Assembly (NCBI GenBank): GCA_041738795.1
Contig: JBGSPB010000015.1
Span: forward strand, 108,227 to 172,226
Length of the DNA stretch: 64,000 nt
Reading direction: 5' to 3'
Source of the DNA: Chitinophagaceae bacterium
Lineage (GTDB): Bacteria; Bacteroidota; Bacteroidia; Chitinophagales; Chitinophagaceae
The notes beneath the pieces are model-generated. The model saw only the letters and a program-made list of their open reading frames with translations, did not search any database and was not told the DNA's origin. How positions within the stretch are numbered: position 1 is the stretch's first letter; the number at the start of each line of letters is the position of its first letter. The position numbers and the translations under genes were made by a program. Shown piece by piece: positions 1-9,637 of the stretch.

Positions 1-63
1 AAAAAGACAGAACAGATCAGGGAAAGGATGGATCAAATTTACAAGCTATGGTTGTCAAAATAA
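1..63 (+). CDS. 3' end of relaxosome accessory (MobA/MobC-type) protein, truncated by window start
   Basis: Frame +1 reads KKTEQIRERMDQIYKLWLSK* with stop TAA at 61-63, overlapping the relaxase ATG at 48. A W-L-x-K-stop overlap with the relaxase start is typical of Bacteroidota mob operons. Confidence 0.55.
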   Translation, partial: KKTEQIRERMDQIYKLWLSK

Positions 64-1316
64 CAAGTCCGCATAGTTTGAAACGTGCCCTGAACTACAA
101 TGAAAAAAAGGTGCAGAAGGGACAGGCCGAATGCATCCATGCAGGTAATTATGTACTGAACCCGGAACAGATGAAATTTCACCAGAAAATTGAAAGGTTA
201 AAGGATTTGATTTCCCTAAATGAACGCACGAAAAAAACAAATACCCTTCATATCTCGTTAAACTTTGGTCCCTCCGAAAAACACTCTAAAGAAAAGCTTG
301 CCGCTATTGCCCAAACCTATATGGAAAAGATAGGTTTTGGAAAACAGCCATACCTTGTTTACGAGCATAACGATGCCGGCCATCCCCATATTCATATTGT
401 TACTACAACTATCCAGCCTGACGGCAAAAGAATTGATACTTATAACATAGGTCGCAATCAATCCGAGAAAGCAAGAAAAGAAATCGAGCAGGATTTTAAA
501 TTAATAAAAGCACAGGGCAAAAAAGGTTTACAGGTAAGCGAAATCATCCCTGCAAATGTCCAGAAAGCACAATATGGTAAAGCAGAAACAAAACGATCTA
601 TTACCAATGTTTTGGATGCGGTGATCAATCAGTATAAATACACATCGCTGGCCGAATTAAATGCAATACTGAAGCAATATAACGTCATTGCAGACCGGGG
701 AACAGAAGGAGGCAGAATTTATAAATCAAATGGCCTGTTATATAAACTATTGGATGTAGCCGGAAATAAGATTGGCGTACCTATTAAGGCAAGCCTGATC
801 TATAGTCAGCCTACCTTAAAAAAACTGGAGAATAAATTTGAAGAAAATGAAATCAAACGTCAGCCGGATAAACAGAAATTAAAAACCTCCATTGATTGGG
901 TCTTGTCAAAATCTCCCGGTTCCTTAAAGGACTTTACCGAAGAACTATTGAAAGAGAAAATTCAATCTGTCCTGCGCCAGAATAAAGATGGTTTGGTTTA
1001 TGGAATTACGTTCATTGATTACAGGAGCAAATCTGTATTCAATGGAAGTGATTTGGGAAAGCAATACAGCATTGCTGGTGTCCAGCAAAAGTTAAATGTA
1101 AAAACTGAAACTATCTTGAAGGAAAAGCCGAGAAAAGAAATTGCTCCAATCCAGAAGCAACCAAAATACAATTCTGTTCAGGTCGAAAAACAACTAGCTA
1201 CTAATCAAAGTAAAGAGGATCTGTTGCAACAACTCACTGCCACTGAAAGGGCATTTAATAAACTTCCTTTTGAACTGATAAAAAAGAAAAAGAGAAAACG
1301 AAATCACAATTTATAA
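48..1316 (+). CDS. mobB: Conjugative relaxase (Bacteroidota MobB-type)
   Basis: N-terminal ALNYNEKKV (catalytic Tyr), LHISLNF, and the HUH/3H motif YEHNDAGHPHIHIVTT; lies upstream of the coupling protein. Confidence 0.9.
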   Translation: MVVKITSPHSLKRALNYNEKKVQKGQAECIHAGNYVLNPEQMKFHQKIERLKDLISLNERTKKTNTLHISLNFGPSEKHSKEKLAAIAQTYMEKIGFGKQPYLVYEHNDAGHPHIHIVTTTIQPDGKRIDTYNIGRNQSEKARKEIEQDFKLIKAQGKKGLQVSEIIPANVQKAQYGKAETKRSITNVLDAVINQYKYTSLAELNAILKQYNVIADRGTEGGRIYKSNGLLYKLLDVAGNKIGVPIKASLIYSQPTLKKLENKFEENEIKRQPDKQKLKTSIDWVLSKSPGSLKDFTEELLKEKIQSVLRQNKDGLVYGITFIDYRSKSVFNGSDLGKQYSIAGVQQKLNVKTETILKEKPRKEIAPIQKQPKYNSVQVEKQLATNQSKEDLLQQLTATERAFNKLPFELIKKKKRKRNHNL

Positions 1317-1334
1317 TTACTTAAAACAGCGTTT

Positions 1335-3308
1335 ATGTCAGCAGGTACAGGGGAAAATGAAATGGGATTAAGAAAGATACTTGACTTTACAAGACTTGGC
1401 AGCATTGTAATACTGTTATTGCATTTTTATTATTACTGCTATGGCGTATTCAAGATATGGGGATTAACCGCAGAAATAAGTGACAGGTTCCTGATTAATA
1501 TCAGCAACACGGGGTTGTTTAATTCCATTTTTACTTCCAAATTAATGGCACCGGCCTTATTGGGAATCTCATTATTAGGAAGTCGGGGAAAAAAAGAAGA
1601 AAAGATTAGTAAGCAATCAATTGCTATTTATTTAATTAGCGGGCTTGTGCTATTCCTAACAAGTACATTGCTGCTAAAAATAAACACAGACCTTGAAACA
1701 CTTGGAATAATCTATATGTTAGTTACTGGGGTAGGATTTTTGTTCATTCTTGCCGGTGGTAATTTACTAAGCAGGTTTATTACATTAAATCTCGGAAAAG
1801 ATATTTTCAATGAACTGAATGAAACCTTCCCGCAGGAGGAACGGTTACTGGAGAATGAATACTCAATCAATCTTCCCGCTCAGTACAATCTCAAAGGGAA
1901 ACTTCGCAAAAGCTGGATCAATATTATCAATCCTTTCAGGGGTTTACTCGTTAGTGGTTCACCCGGTTCCGGTAAATCTTACTTCGTGATTCAGCATATC
2001 ATTAAACAGCATATCAAAAAAGGCTTTACTATGCTGGTTTATGATTTTAAATATGACGACCTGACAAAGATTGCCTACAATATTTTATTGAAGAATAAGG
2101 GTAGCTATAAAATCATACCGGCCTTCTATTCTATCAACTTTGATGATCTTTCTAAAAGTAACCGGTGTAATCCTTTGGATGCATCCACTATGTTTGATAT
2201 TACTGATGCTACCGAAGCCTCCCGTTCAATCATGATGGGGCTTAATAAGGATTGGATAACCAAACAGGGTGACTTCTTTGTAGAATCCCCAATCAACTTT
2301 GTAACTGCTATAATCTGGTTCCTTAAAAAATATAACTCTGGTAAATTTTGCACGTTGCCTCATGTCATAGAATTAATGCAGATTGACTATGAAAAATTAT
2401 TTTCGGTACTGAGAACTGAACCCGAAATAGAAGTACTGATTAACCCGTTTATTTCAGCTTACCGGAACAATGCAATGGAACAATTAGAAGGACAGGTGGC
2501 CAGTGCAAAAATTGGTATGGCGAGGTTGTCTTCTCCTCAGCTCTATTGGGTATTATCAGCAAATGATTTTACGCTGGATATTAATAATCCTGATGCTCCT
2601 AAAATAATTTGCCTGGCAAATAATCCGCAGAAGCAACAGATCTATGGTGCTGTACTTTCATTATACATTACAAGGCTGATCAAACTGGTCAACCAAAAGA
2701 ACAGGCTTAAGTCAAGTTTGATCTTTGATGAATTCCCCACCATTTATTTTAATGATATTGATAGCCTGATTGCTACAGCCCGATCAAATAAAGTGGCTAC
2801 CTGTTTGGGTATCCAGGATTTTAGCCAGCTGAAAAAAGATTATGGTGCTGATCAATCTTCTGTTATAATGAATATAACTGGTAACATTATCAGTGGTCAG
2901 GTGACTGGTGAAACATCCAAAGCCCTATCTGAACGGTTCGGGAAAATTAACCAGGTCAAAGAAAGTATATCAATTAACCGGACGGATACATCAATCAGCA
3001 AATCAAGCCAATTAGATTTTGCTATACCGCAATCAAAAATTGCCAATCTTTCTTCTGGTGAATTTGTTGGTATGGTTGCAGATGATCCTACTAATAAAAT
3101 AAAATTAAAGACATTTCATTGTGAAATAATGAACGATCATGTACAATTGAAAAAAGAGGCTGATTCACACAAAGACTTACCCGTAATTTCGAATGTAACC
3201 AGTCAAATGGTGAATTTTAATTTTCGGCGTATAAAAAACGAAATAGCCGACCTGATCGATCAGGAAATTGAAAGGATCTTAAATACTCCTGGGCTTCAAA
3301 CTTTGTGA
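1335..3308 (+). CDS. mobC: Type IV coupling protein (YWFCY-domain MobC/TraG-VirD4 family)
   Basis: LHFYYYCY (YWFCY-like) motif, N-terminal TM helices, Walker A GSPGSGKS, Walker B LIFDEFPT, ATARSNKVATCLGIQDFSQL. Confidence 0.92.
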   Translation: MSAGTGENEMGLRKILDFTRLGSIVILLLHFYYYCYGVFKIWGLTAEISDRFLINISNTGLFNSIFTSKLMAPALLGISLLGSRGKKEEKISKQSIAIYLISGLVLFLTSTLLLKINTDLETLGIIYMLVTGVGFLFILAGGNLLSRFITLNLGKDIFNELNETFPQEERLLENEYSINLPAQYNLKGKLRKSWINIINPFRGLLVSGSPGSGKSYFVIQHIIKQHIKKGFTMLVYDFKYDDLTKIAYNILLKNKGSYKIIPAFYSINFDDLSKSNRCNPLDASTMFDITDATEASRSIMMGLNKDWITKQGDFFVESPINFVTAIIWFLKKYNSGKFCTLPHVIELMQIDYEKLFSVLRTEPEIEVLINPFISAYRNNAMEQLEGQVASAKIGMARLSSPQLYWVLSANDFTLDINNPDAPKIICLANNPQKQQIYGAVLSLYITRLIKLVNQKNRLKSSLIFDEFPTIYFNDIDSLIATARSNKVATCLGIQDFSQLKKDYGADQSSVIMNITGNIISGQVTGETSKALSERFGKINQVKESISINRTDTSISKSSQLDFAIPQSKIANLSSGEFVGMVADDPTNKIKLKTFHCEIMNDHVQLKKEADSHKDLPVISNVTSQMVNFNFRRIKNEIADLIDQEIERILNTPGLQTL

Positions 3309-3333
3309 AATAGAGTCTTTTAATTTATTTCCA

Positions 3334-5484
3334 TTAACCACCAATATGATCCTTTTTAAAATTATCAATAATGTCCCTTTCGAATTTCAATAAATCAAAA
3401 TTAGCATAATCTAATTTTTGTAAAATAATCAAACACTGGTCTAAATCCGCAGCGTTAACAAAACGGTCCTTTATTTTTTCAATTGTTTGGAGCGGTATCC
3501 CAAATTCATTCAACGCAAATAAATCTGGTTCCATTTTTAAATTTTCAACGTTTGACGCATAATTATTAAAATCTCCGACATTATCGATTCCATTTTTTGA
3601 CAATACCTCTTTCTGAATATTATCTAGTGATCGTAATGCTCTAGGAAAAGAAAAGCAAAATACATTTCTAACAATCTTAAGCGAATTTTCTATTATATCA
3701 CTTATATCTCCGCCGCTTGATTCATTTTCAATCCTTGCCTTAAGATATCCGTCAACTCCTTCTGACATCATTAACATTTTGACATGCCTATCCAAGTCGA
3801 TTCCTGACAAAATATTAAAATTTTTCAATCTTGACCCTTCCAAAAAATCGAAAATTAGAATACAAATTTCCCTTAGCTGATCGTTTGTTGGAAAAGATTT
3901 CCAATTGAAACTTTCAGTCAATGTCTCTAAATTATCCTTTAGATAATTTGCGAGATTATATTGTGTCTCAGGAGAATACGCTAAGTTCTGCTTTACTGTC
4001 ACAGTTGACAAAATATCTTCATGAATCGCAATTTTTATTCGACTTTTAGAATCTTCTGATAAATCCACAGTATCCATATGCAGAAGTAAATTAACGGGTG
4101 TATTTGCTCCCTGACTTGCAATAGCAATGTCTACTTGGGATATCTCTTTTGCTGGGGGAGATTCTAAAGAAAATACATTCCCAACGAAATATTGACCCAT
4201 TCGGCCCGCCCGACCTTCTATATTTTTGTAAGTAAAATAATCAAGAAGTCGAGAATTGTTGCGTTTGTCGTAAACGATTACATTTTTTGCTACAGTATTG
4301 ACGCCCTCAATTATTGTTGAGGTGCAAATTAAATACTTTAGCGTCTTATCGTTGAACTTTGAAAGACAATATTGTTGTAAAGCCCTAGGAATACCTCCAT
4401 GATGAATTCCTATTCCATTGCTCAGCGCCTGATAAAAAATCCAATCCTTACTATAGTGTCTATCTATCCATTCAAGAGCATCGGCTATATTAGAAGGAGA
4501 GCCTTTTATTCCTTTTTCCAGCATTAATTTAGCAATTTTGTTGACACTAGCTGGACTTTGGCAATATATTAGGACCGGGTCATTCGCATCAGAACAAATT
4601 TCAATTAATTTATCATCTCTTTCTATATCATTCTTTTTGAAATCAAAGGACGTGATATTAACAGCTACTGTCGAAAATGCGGAGGGTATGAATAGAAACT
4701 CGTATCCCAAACGAGTAAGATTATTCACATAATCAATATTAGGTCCAATTAGAAAGAATTGTTTTGAGCAATGCAGTAATTTATATAAGGCTAAATTCAG
4801 AGCCGTGGCTCGATCATCTTCAGCCATCTTAAAATCTAACTTATAAAATTCATCAATTACAAAAATATCCACATTTTCTAAGTCTGTTCTCTCAATTACT
4901 CTTTCCTGAGTCAATATATAAATATTAAATACGGACTTTTGTTTTACCTGTGAGGGATGAGTAATAATTTTGCATTCTTTATTAAATCTTTTTATAATCC
5001 GGTGCCTAGTCTCATCAATTAGAGCAATTGTTGGAACAACTAAGACCATAGTTTGATATCTCTTTGACGCAATTAGTGCATCAATAATTAGGCTTTTGCC
5101 AACGCTAGTTGAAGCACTAAGCACTATATTCTTTCCATTTAGAATTTCCTGATATATCTTGAATTGCATAGAATAAAAAACAAAACCATCGTCAATGTTT
5201 AGGGGTCTATGCATTTCAAAGGTAAAAGCATCTAGCGCTGACAACTCGTTACTTTCTGGATTAAGATATGGGAACAAGCCAGTTGACCTTATCAACGAGT
5301 AGATTAAATCAAGATGCTCCTGAAATAAATTTCGTTTATCCAATACTCTAATTAAGAGCTCACGTCCTAAGTCTTCATTTTTCTTACTATTAATAAGTAA
5401 TGAAATTTCACGTAAGAGCGTAAAGGAATTTTCCCTGATATAATCGTCATTTTGAAGACTGTTTCTGATCGTCGAGTAAGTCAT
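3334..5484 (-). CDS. hamB: Ski2-like SF2 helicase, Hachiman HamB / AbpB-like
   Basis: Walker A SASTSVGKS, Walker B IDEFYK, GIGIHHGGIP, CTSTIIEGVN, motif VI EGRAGR; starts 3 nt after the HamA-like gene stop. Confidence 0.87.
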   Translation of the reverse strand: MTYSTIRNSLQNDDYIRENSFTLLREISLLINSKKNEDLGRELLIRVLDKRNLFQEHLDLIYSLIRSTGLFPYLNPESNELSALDAFTFEMHRPLNIDDGFVFYSMQFKIYQEILNGKNIVLSASTSVGKSLIIDALIASKRYQTMVLVVPTIALIDETRHRIIKRFNKECKIITHPSQVKQKSVFNIYILTQERVIERTDLENVDIFVIDEFYKLDFKMAEDDRATALNLALYKLLHCSKQFFLIGPNIDYVNNLTRLGYEFLFIPSAFSTVAVNITSFDFKKNDIERDDKLIEICSDANDPVLIYCQSPASVNKIAKLMLEKGIKGSPSNIADALEWIDRHYSKDWIFYQALSNGIGIHHGGIPRALQQYCLSKFNDKTLKYLICTSTIIEGVNTVAKNVIVYDKRNNSRLLDYFTYKNIEGRAGRMGQYFVGNVFSLESPPAKEISQVDIAIASQGANTPVNLLLHMDTVDLSEDSKSRIKIAIHEDILSTVTVKQNLAYSPETQYNLANYLKDNLETLTESFNWKSFPTNDQLREICILIFDFLEGSRLKNFNILSGIDLDRHVKMLMMSEGVDGYLKARIENESSGGDISDIIENSLKIVRNVFCFSFPRALRSLDNIQKEVLSKNGIDNVGDFNNYASNVENLKMEPDLFALNEFGIPLQTIEKIKDRFVNAADLDQCLIILQKLDYANFDLLKFERDIIDNFKKDHIGG

Positions 5485-5487
5485 TTG

Positions 5488-7074
5488 TTAATCTAATAAT
5501 TTATTGAAATTCTCTATTAAAACTTTAGTATCATCAAATGGAAGTAAAAACACATGGACTTTAATTTCTTTTAGAGATTCCGGAAGGCTTTCTAAAAGAA
5601 ACTTGTAGTTAATACCAACTTCAGCTATTAGCTTATATTTATAGTCCTCTATATATCCACTGGTCAGAGTTTTGCTATTGTAAAGTATGAGTACTGGAAG
5701 ACACAGTAGCTTAATAAATTCGTCAATTGAAGTATTTTTAAGTAAAGCGCTTTCTATTGTATTCGGTAAGAGATGTTGACTTTCTTTTAAATCTAATATT
5801 ACTTGTCTCTCATCTTTTAGAAAGTCTAAATCCAAATAATCCTTCATTGTTTCCATAAATACTTTAATACTTTCACTGAAATCATCTAGATATACAATAG
5901 CTGACTTTCCTAACCATAATTCATCTGCACCATTTAGATGAATTATATGTGCATTTGGAAATGATTTTGATTTCTGGTCTTTTGACAGATAGAAGACTTT
6001 ACAAGCAATCGGTTCGCTATTAAAAGTTTGCCGTAAACATATATGAAGGAGAATTTCACTAATTAATTCTTCACCTGCATTTTTTATATGTTTCTTAATT
6101 GCCTTTCTAGCTTTTTCAGAATACTTAAGAAAGTTTGTATGATTAAGAACTGCAACTTCACTAGCTTTCAAGGCAATTTCAGGCAACCAATCAACCATGT
6201 GTTTTGCTAAACCTTCATTTCTCCAATTCTTGTTTTCGAATCCTGCCTCAAGAGCATTTATAGCTTTTCTTAAATCCTTTTGAGTCATCGAATGAAATTC
6301 TATTAAAAAAGGATCGACTCGGTTCTTATAAGGTTTACTATTCCCTGTAGCGGCTATAGTCAGATCGTTAATTTTGTTCTTCCACCAAGTATTTAGTTCA
6401 TTAAACTCTATAATCTTCATTTTAGGCTCAGTAACTTTCGAAGCATTACCGGCTTTATATGCTTTCAGCACAATATCATCATAGATTTTGTCGCTATCAG
6501 TACTGCTAAGATTAACGCCGAATTTTTCTGCTAATTGTAATAATTTCTTTTTATTTGTTACTTCAACACTTAATAATTTCCCAGGAATATCCCATAAAGT
6601 TTTCATTACCCAATATGTAGCATCATTTCCAACGGGGGATTTAAATTTTTTCGACGCACTAAAAATTGATTTCGCCAATTTGTTAACTGCGGTAGTGTCG
6701 CTACGATTATCCCTCGCTTGACTCAACAAAGACAAATTCTTAGTGATATCTCTTGTAGTGACAATTCTAAAGAGAATATCCTGACCAGGTATATTATCGT
6801 AAGAAAAAGACGTTGTATAAATTGAATTCTTAGGAGTAAGGGCGCAAAGTTCCTTAATAGTCCATTTATAATCCCCTTCTGACGTCTTTACCTGAATATA
6901 TTCAGTTATATCCTTCCAGACAACAGTAATATCATCAGTTCTTTCACACTCTACTTGCACAATAGTACCAGATAACATTTCAATTAAGAAAGAGGCTGCA
7001 ATATGATCTTGATATTCAAATCCTTTCCTTGCCGCTACCCCACCAGAATCTGATGGTTTTGATGTCTTTGCCAT
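5488..7074 (-). CDS. hamA: Cap4-like dsDNA nuclease (DUF4297) fused to HamA (DUF1837) domain, AbpA-like
   Basis: N-terminus SDSGGVAARKGFEYQDH..VECERTDD..YIQVKT is a DUF4297 PD-(D/E)XK signature. C-terminus EILLHICLRQ..SEPIACK..HII..DELWLG..IHVFLLP is HamA-like. The layout matches E. coli AbpA/YfjL as I recall it. Confidence 0.8.
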   Translation of the reverse strand: MAKTSKPSDSGGVAARKGFEYQDHIAASFLIEMLSGTIVQVECERTDDITVVWKDITEYIQVKTSEGDYKWTIKELCALTPKNSIYTTSFSYDNIPGQDILFRIVTTRDITKNLSLLSQARDNRSDTTAVNKLAKSIFSASKKFKSPVGNDATYWVMKTLWDIPGKLLSVEVTNKKKLLQLAEKFGVNLSSTDSDKIYDDIVLKAYKAGNASKVTEPKMKIIEFNELNTWWKNKINDLTIAATGNSKPYKNRVDPFLIEFHSMTQKDLRKAINALEAGFENKNWRNEGLAKHMVDWLPEIALKASEVAVLNHTNFLKYSEKARKAIKKHIKNAGEELISEILLHICLRQTFNSEPIACKVFYLSKDQKSKSFPNAHIIHLNGADELWLGKSAIVYLDDFSESIKVFMETMKDYLDLDFLKDERQVILDLKESQHLLPNTIESALLKNTSIDEFIKLLCLPVLILYNSKTLTSGYIEDYKYKLIAEVGINYKFLLESLPESLKEIKVHVFLLPFDDTKVLIENFNKLLD

Positions 7075-7267
7075 TAAAAAAAATGATTTTTTGAGGTATA
7101 TTCCGATATTTCTTCTGACTTTGCAATGAATATAAAACGAAATGTACTTTACATAAGTACCTGAAAAATGAAGTAGACCTTCATAAAATATTCGCTGGAT
7201 TCGCCAAACGGAAGCTCACGGTAGCTAAGCTACATATTTTTAATAGATTAGTTAAATTTTAATGTGA

Positions 7268-8356
7268 TTAGTACACATTATTCTCTAGTAAGTCAAGTAA
7301 TTTTAGTGGGTCAGGTAGTATACCTTTCATCGCTTCAGGCATCACTTTGGATGTTTTAAATGTTGATACCCCTACACCGTTTTCGATGCTTTTAATTGAG
7401 AATTCAACAACAGTATTATTTTTCTCTTTGCACAAAACTATTCCAATACTATTATTTTCGTCCGGCAGCTTTATCTTTTCATCCAGCACATTGAGATAAA
7501 AATTTAATTGTCCTGCATATTCTGGTTTAAATTTTCCTTTCTTCAATTCAAAAGCGACAAGGCACCGTAAGTGTCTGTTGAAGAATAAGAGATCAATAAA
7601 AAATTCATCTCCCGCCAACTCAACACGAAACTGATTCCCAATAAAAGAAAACCCTTTGCCCATGCGAAGAATAAAATCCCTGATGTTGGCGACAATCTTA
7701 TTTTCAACATCCCTTTCATCATCAGTTTCACTTAGGTTCATATAGTCCATAAGATATTCATCATGGAATATTTCCACAGCCTTCGGTTTTAATTCTTCCG
7801 ATAGGGACTTTATAAAATTATTGGGTAGCTTTCCTTGCTTTTCAAATAATTTGTTGGCGATGTGATGTTCAAGAACTGAAACAGACCAAAATTCAATTGA
7901 TGCCTTCATTATATAAAAGAATCGCTCCTCTGATTCTATGCATTTATTCAAAATCGAAATATGGTGAGTAAAGCTGATCCCAAAGAAGTAATCCAATTGC
8001 GCCGTCGCCAACAGCGTATTCTCATTCGCCTGATTTTCAATATTTTGCAATTTGGCAGTCAGTGACTGCCAAATTACGGAGTTTTCGTAGGCAAGATAGA
8101 ACTGGCGCATATTTCTTAAGTTCCGATAAGAAAATCCACGAAGACCCGGTACTTGATTTTGTAAATCTGATGCCACCTGTTCCAGTACGTTATTGCCCCA
8201 TTTCTCACTTTTAATTTTTTGATTAAGCATTTCTCCAACTCGTATATACAATACCAGTTGTTCTTTATTTGCCAGTCTCGCTGCCTGGTAGCGGGATTGA
8301 GAAATACTTTTTTTCAGTTCTTGTATAAATTGTAAATATGATTTTTTTGATTTCAT
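7268..8356 (-). CDS. DUF1016/YhcG family PD-(D/E)XK nuclease-domain protein
   Basis: N-terminal WGNNVLEQVASDL..RGFSYRNLRNMRQFY; C-terminal GFSFIGNQF..FFIDLLFF..LVAFELKKGKFKPEYAGQLNFYL..SIGIVLCK. Confidence 0.9.
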   Translation of the reverse strand: MKSKKSYLQFIQELKKSISQSRYQAARLANKEQLVLYIRVGEMLNQKIKSEKWGNNVLEQVASDLQNQVPGLRGFSYRNLRNMRQFYLAYENSVIWQSLTAKLQNIENQANENTLLATAQLDYFFGISFTHHISILNKCIESEERFFYIMKASIEFWSVSVLEHHIANKLFEKQGKLPNNFIKSLSEELKPKAVEIFHDEYLMDYMNLSETDDERDVENKIVANIRDFILRMGKGFSFIGNQFRVELAGDEFFIDLLFFNRHLRCLVAFELKKGKFKPEYAGQLNFYLNVLDEKIKLPDENNSIGIVLCKEKNNTVVEFSIKSIENGVGVSTFKTSKVMPEAMKGILPDPLKLLDLLENNVY

Positions 8357-8386
8357 TTTATTAAAATTTTCAGATTATAAATTATT

Positions 8387-9637
8387 TTACCCGACCATTT
8401 GTTTTAACCGGTCTCTTTCAGTGAGTTTCGTTCGAAGCATTTTCATATCATCGCTTATTTTTCTTTCAAGGACATGTACATAAACCTGCGTAGTTGAAAG
8501 TTTGGTATGTCCAAGCATCTTACTAACTGTTTCAAGTGGTATTCCGTTATTAAGTGCAATGGTTGTCGCAAAAGTGTGGCGGGCAAGATGGAATGTCATG
8601 TTCTTGGTAATTCCACATAGAGTTCCAATCTCCTTTAAATAATCATTTATTTTTTGATTGGACATATAAGGCAGTGCACTTCCTTGTTTAATCACCAGTG
8701 GATGGGTCTTATACTTGTTAAGTATTGTGAGAGCAGTAGGAAGCAATGGCACACTAACTTTTGTATTTGTTTTTTGCCTTGCTGTTTTAATCCAGTATTC
8801 CCTGTCTATACCAATAATGATATTAGTTTTCTGGAGATTTGCCATATCAGTATAGGCAAGACCAGTATAGCATGCGAAAAGAAAAAGGTCTCTCGTTTTT
8901 TCCAGCTTATCGTTAGGTAGCATTACATTTTCCAATGCATCAATTTCATCTTCGATCAAAAAATCCCTTTCCGTTTTTTGAAAACGTAGTTTATACCTGA
9001 TGAAGGGATCTTTGGGTATCCATTCAAACTTCACACCCATCGTTACAATTTTCCTAAGCCGTTCCATGTGTTTCATTATCCCATTATTGGTAAGGGGATT
9101 ACTCTTATCCAGCGGCTCAGTAGTTCGCAAGAATAACTCAAACTGAGTAATAAACTGGTAACTCAGCTGAGCCAGCAGAATATCATCACATTTGAAACGG
9201 TACTTTAGAAAGCGGCGCAGGTACTTTTCTGTAGCACCATAATTTTTTAAAGTGCCCTGTTTCAAAATCAGGTTTGAATTTGCTGCGTGATAGTGTATCA
9301 GCGACATGAGCGTATTATGAACTTGCTCTTCTCCAACAAACAGGCTCTTAATAACTCCGGCATTGATAAATGTATCCTGCATCTTTAATTGCTGAAAGCA
9401 ATCGTTCAGCTTAAACCTTACTTCATCCAAATAGGGATTGATTCGGCTGATTAAGTCCCTGCTTCCCTCAGCACATTGCCTTTGGCTGTTCCAGCAGGTA
9501 GGATCAATTCCTTTGTTTAAACAAATTTCAGCCCTCTTGTGATTGGCAATGATCCTGGCAAAGATTAATGCCTCGGATGATTTTTTGTCGGTGTGCCTTA
9601 GAATAAAGCACACACGAAAATTGGTAGTACTTTTCAT
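8387..9637 (-). CDS. int: Tyrosine site-specific integrase (Bacteroidota transposon/ICE type)
   Basis: N-terminal arm-binding domain (FILR..IFARII), SAM-like domain, FLFACYTGLAYTD, KTARQKT, HLARHTFAT, LGHTKLSTTQVY. Confidence 0.95.
   Translation of the reverse strand: MKSTTNFRVCFILRHTDKKSSEALIFARIIANHKRAEICLNKGIDPTCWNSQRQCAEGSRDLISRINPYLDEVRFKLNDCFQQLKMQDTFINAGVIKSLFVGEEQVHNTLMSLIHYHAANSNLILKQGTLKNYGATEKYLRRFLKYRFKCDDILLAQLSYQFITQFELFLRTTEPLDKSNPLTNNGIMKHMERLRKIVTMGVKFEWIPKDPFIRYKLRFQKTERDFLIEDEIDALENVMLPNDKLEKTRDLFLFACYTGLAYTDMANLQKTNIIIGIDREYWIKTARQKTNTKVSVPLLPTALTILNKYKTHPLVIKQGSALPYMSNQKINDYLKEIGTLCGITKNMTFHLARHTFATTIALNNGIPLETVSKMLGHTKLSTTQVYVHVLERKISDDMKMLRTKLTERDRLKQMVG

Noticed and set aside
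7268-8356. Restriction-modification system
   Set aside because: No methyltransferase or specificity subunit in the window.
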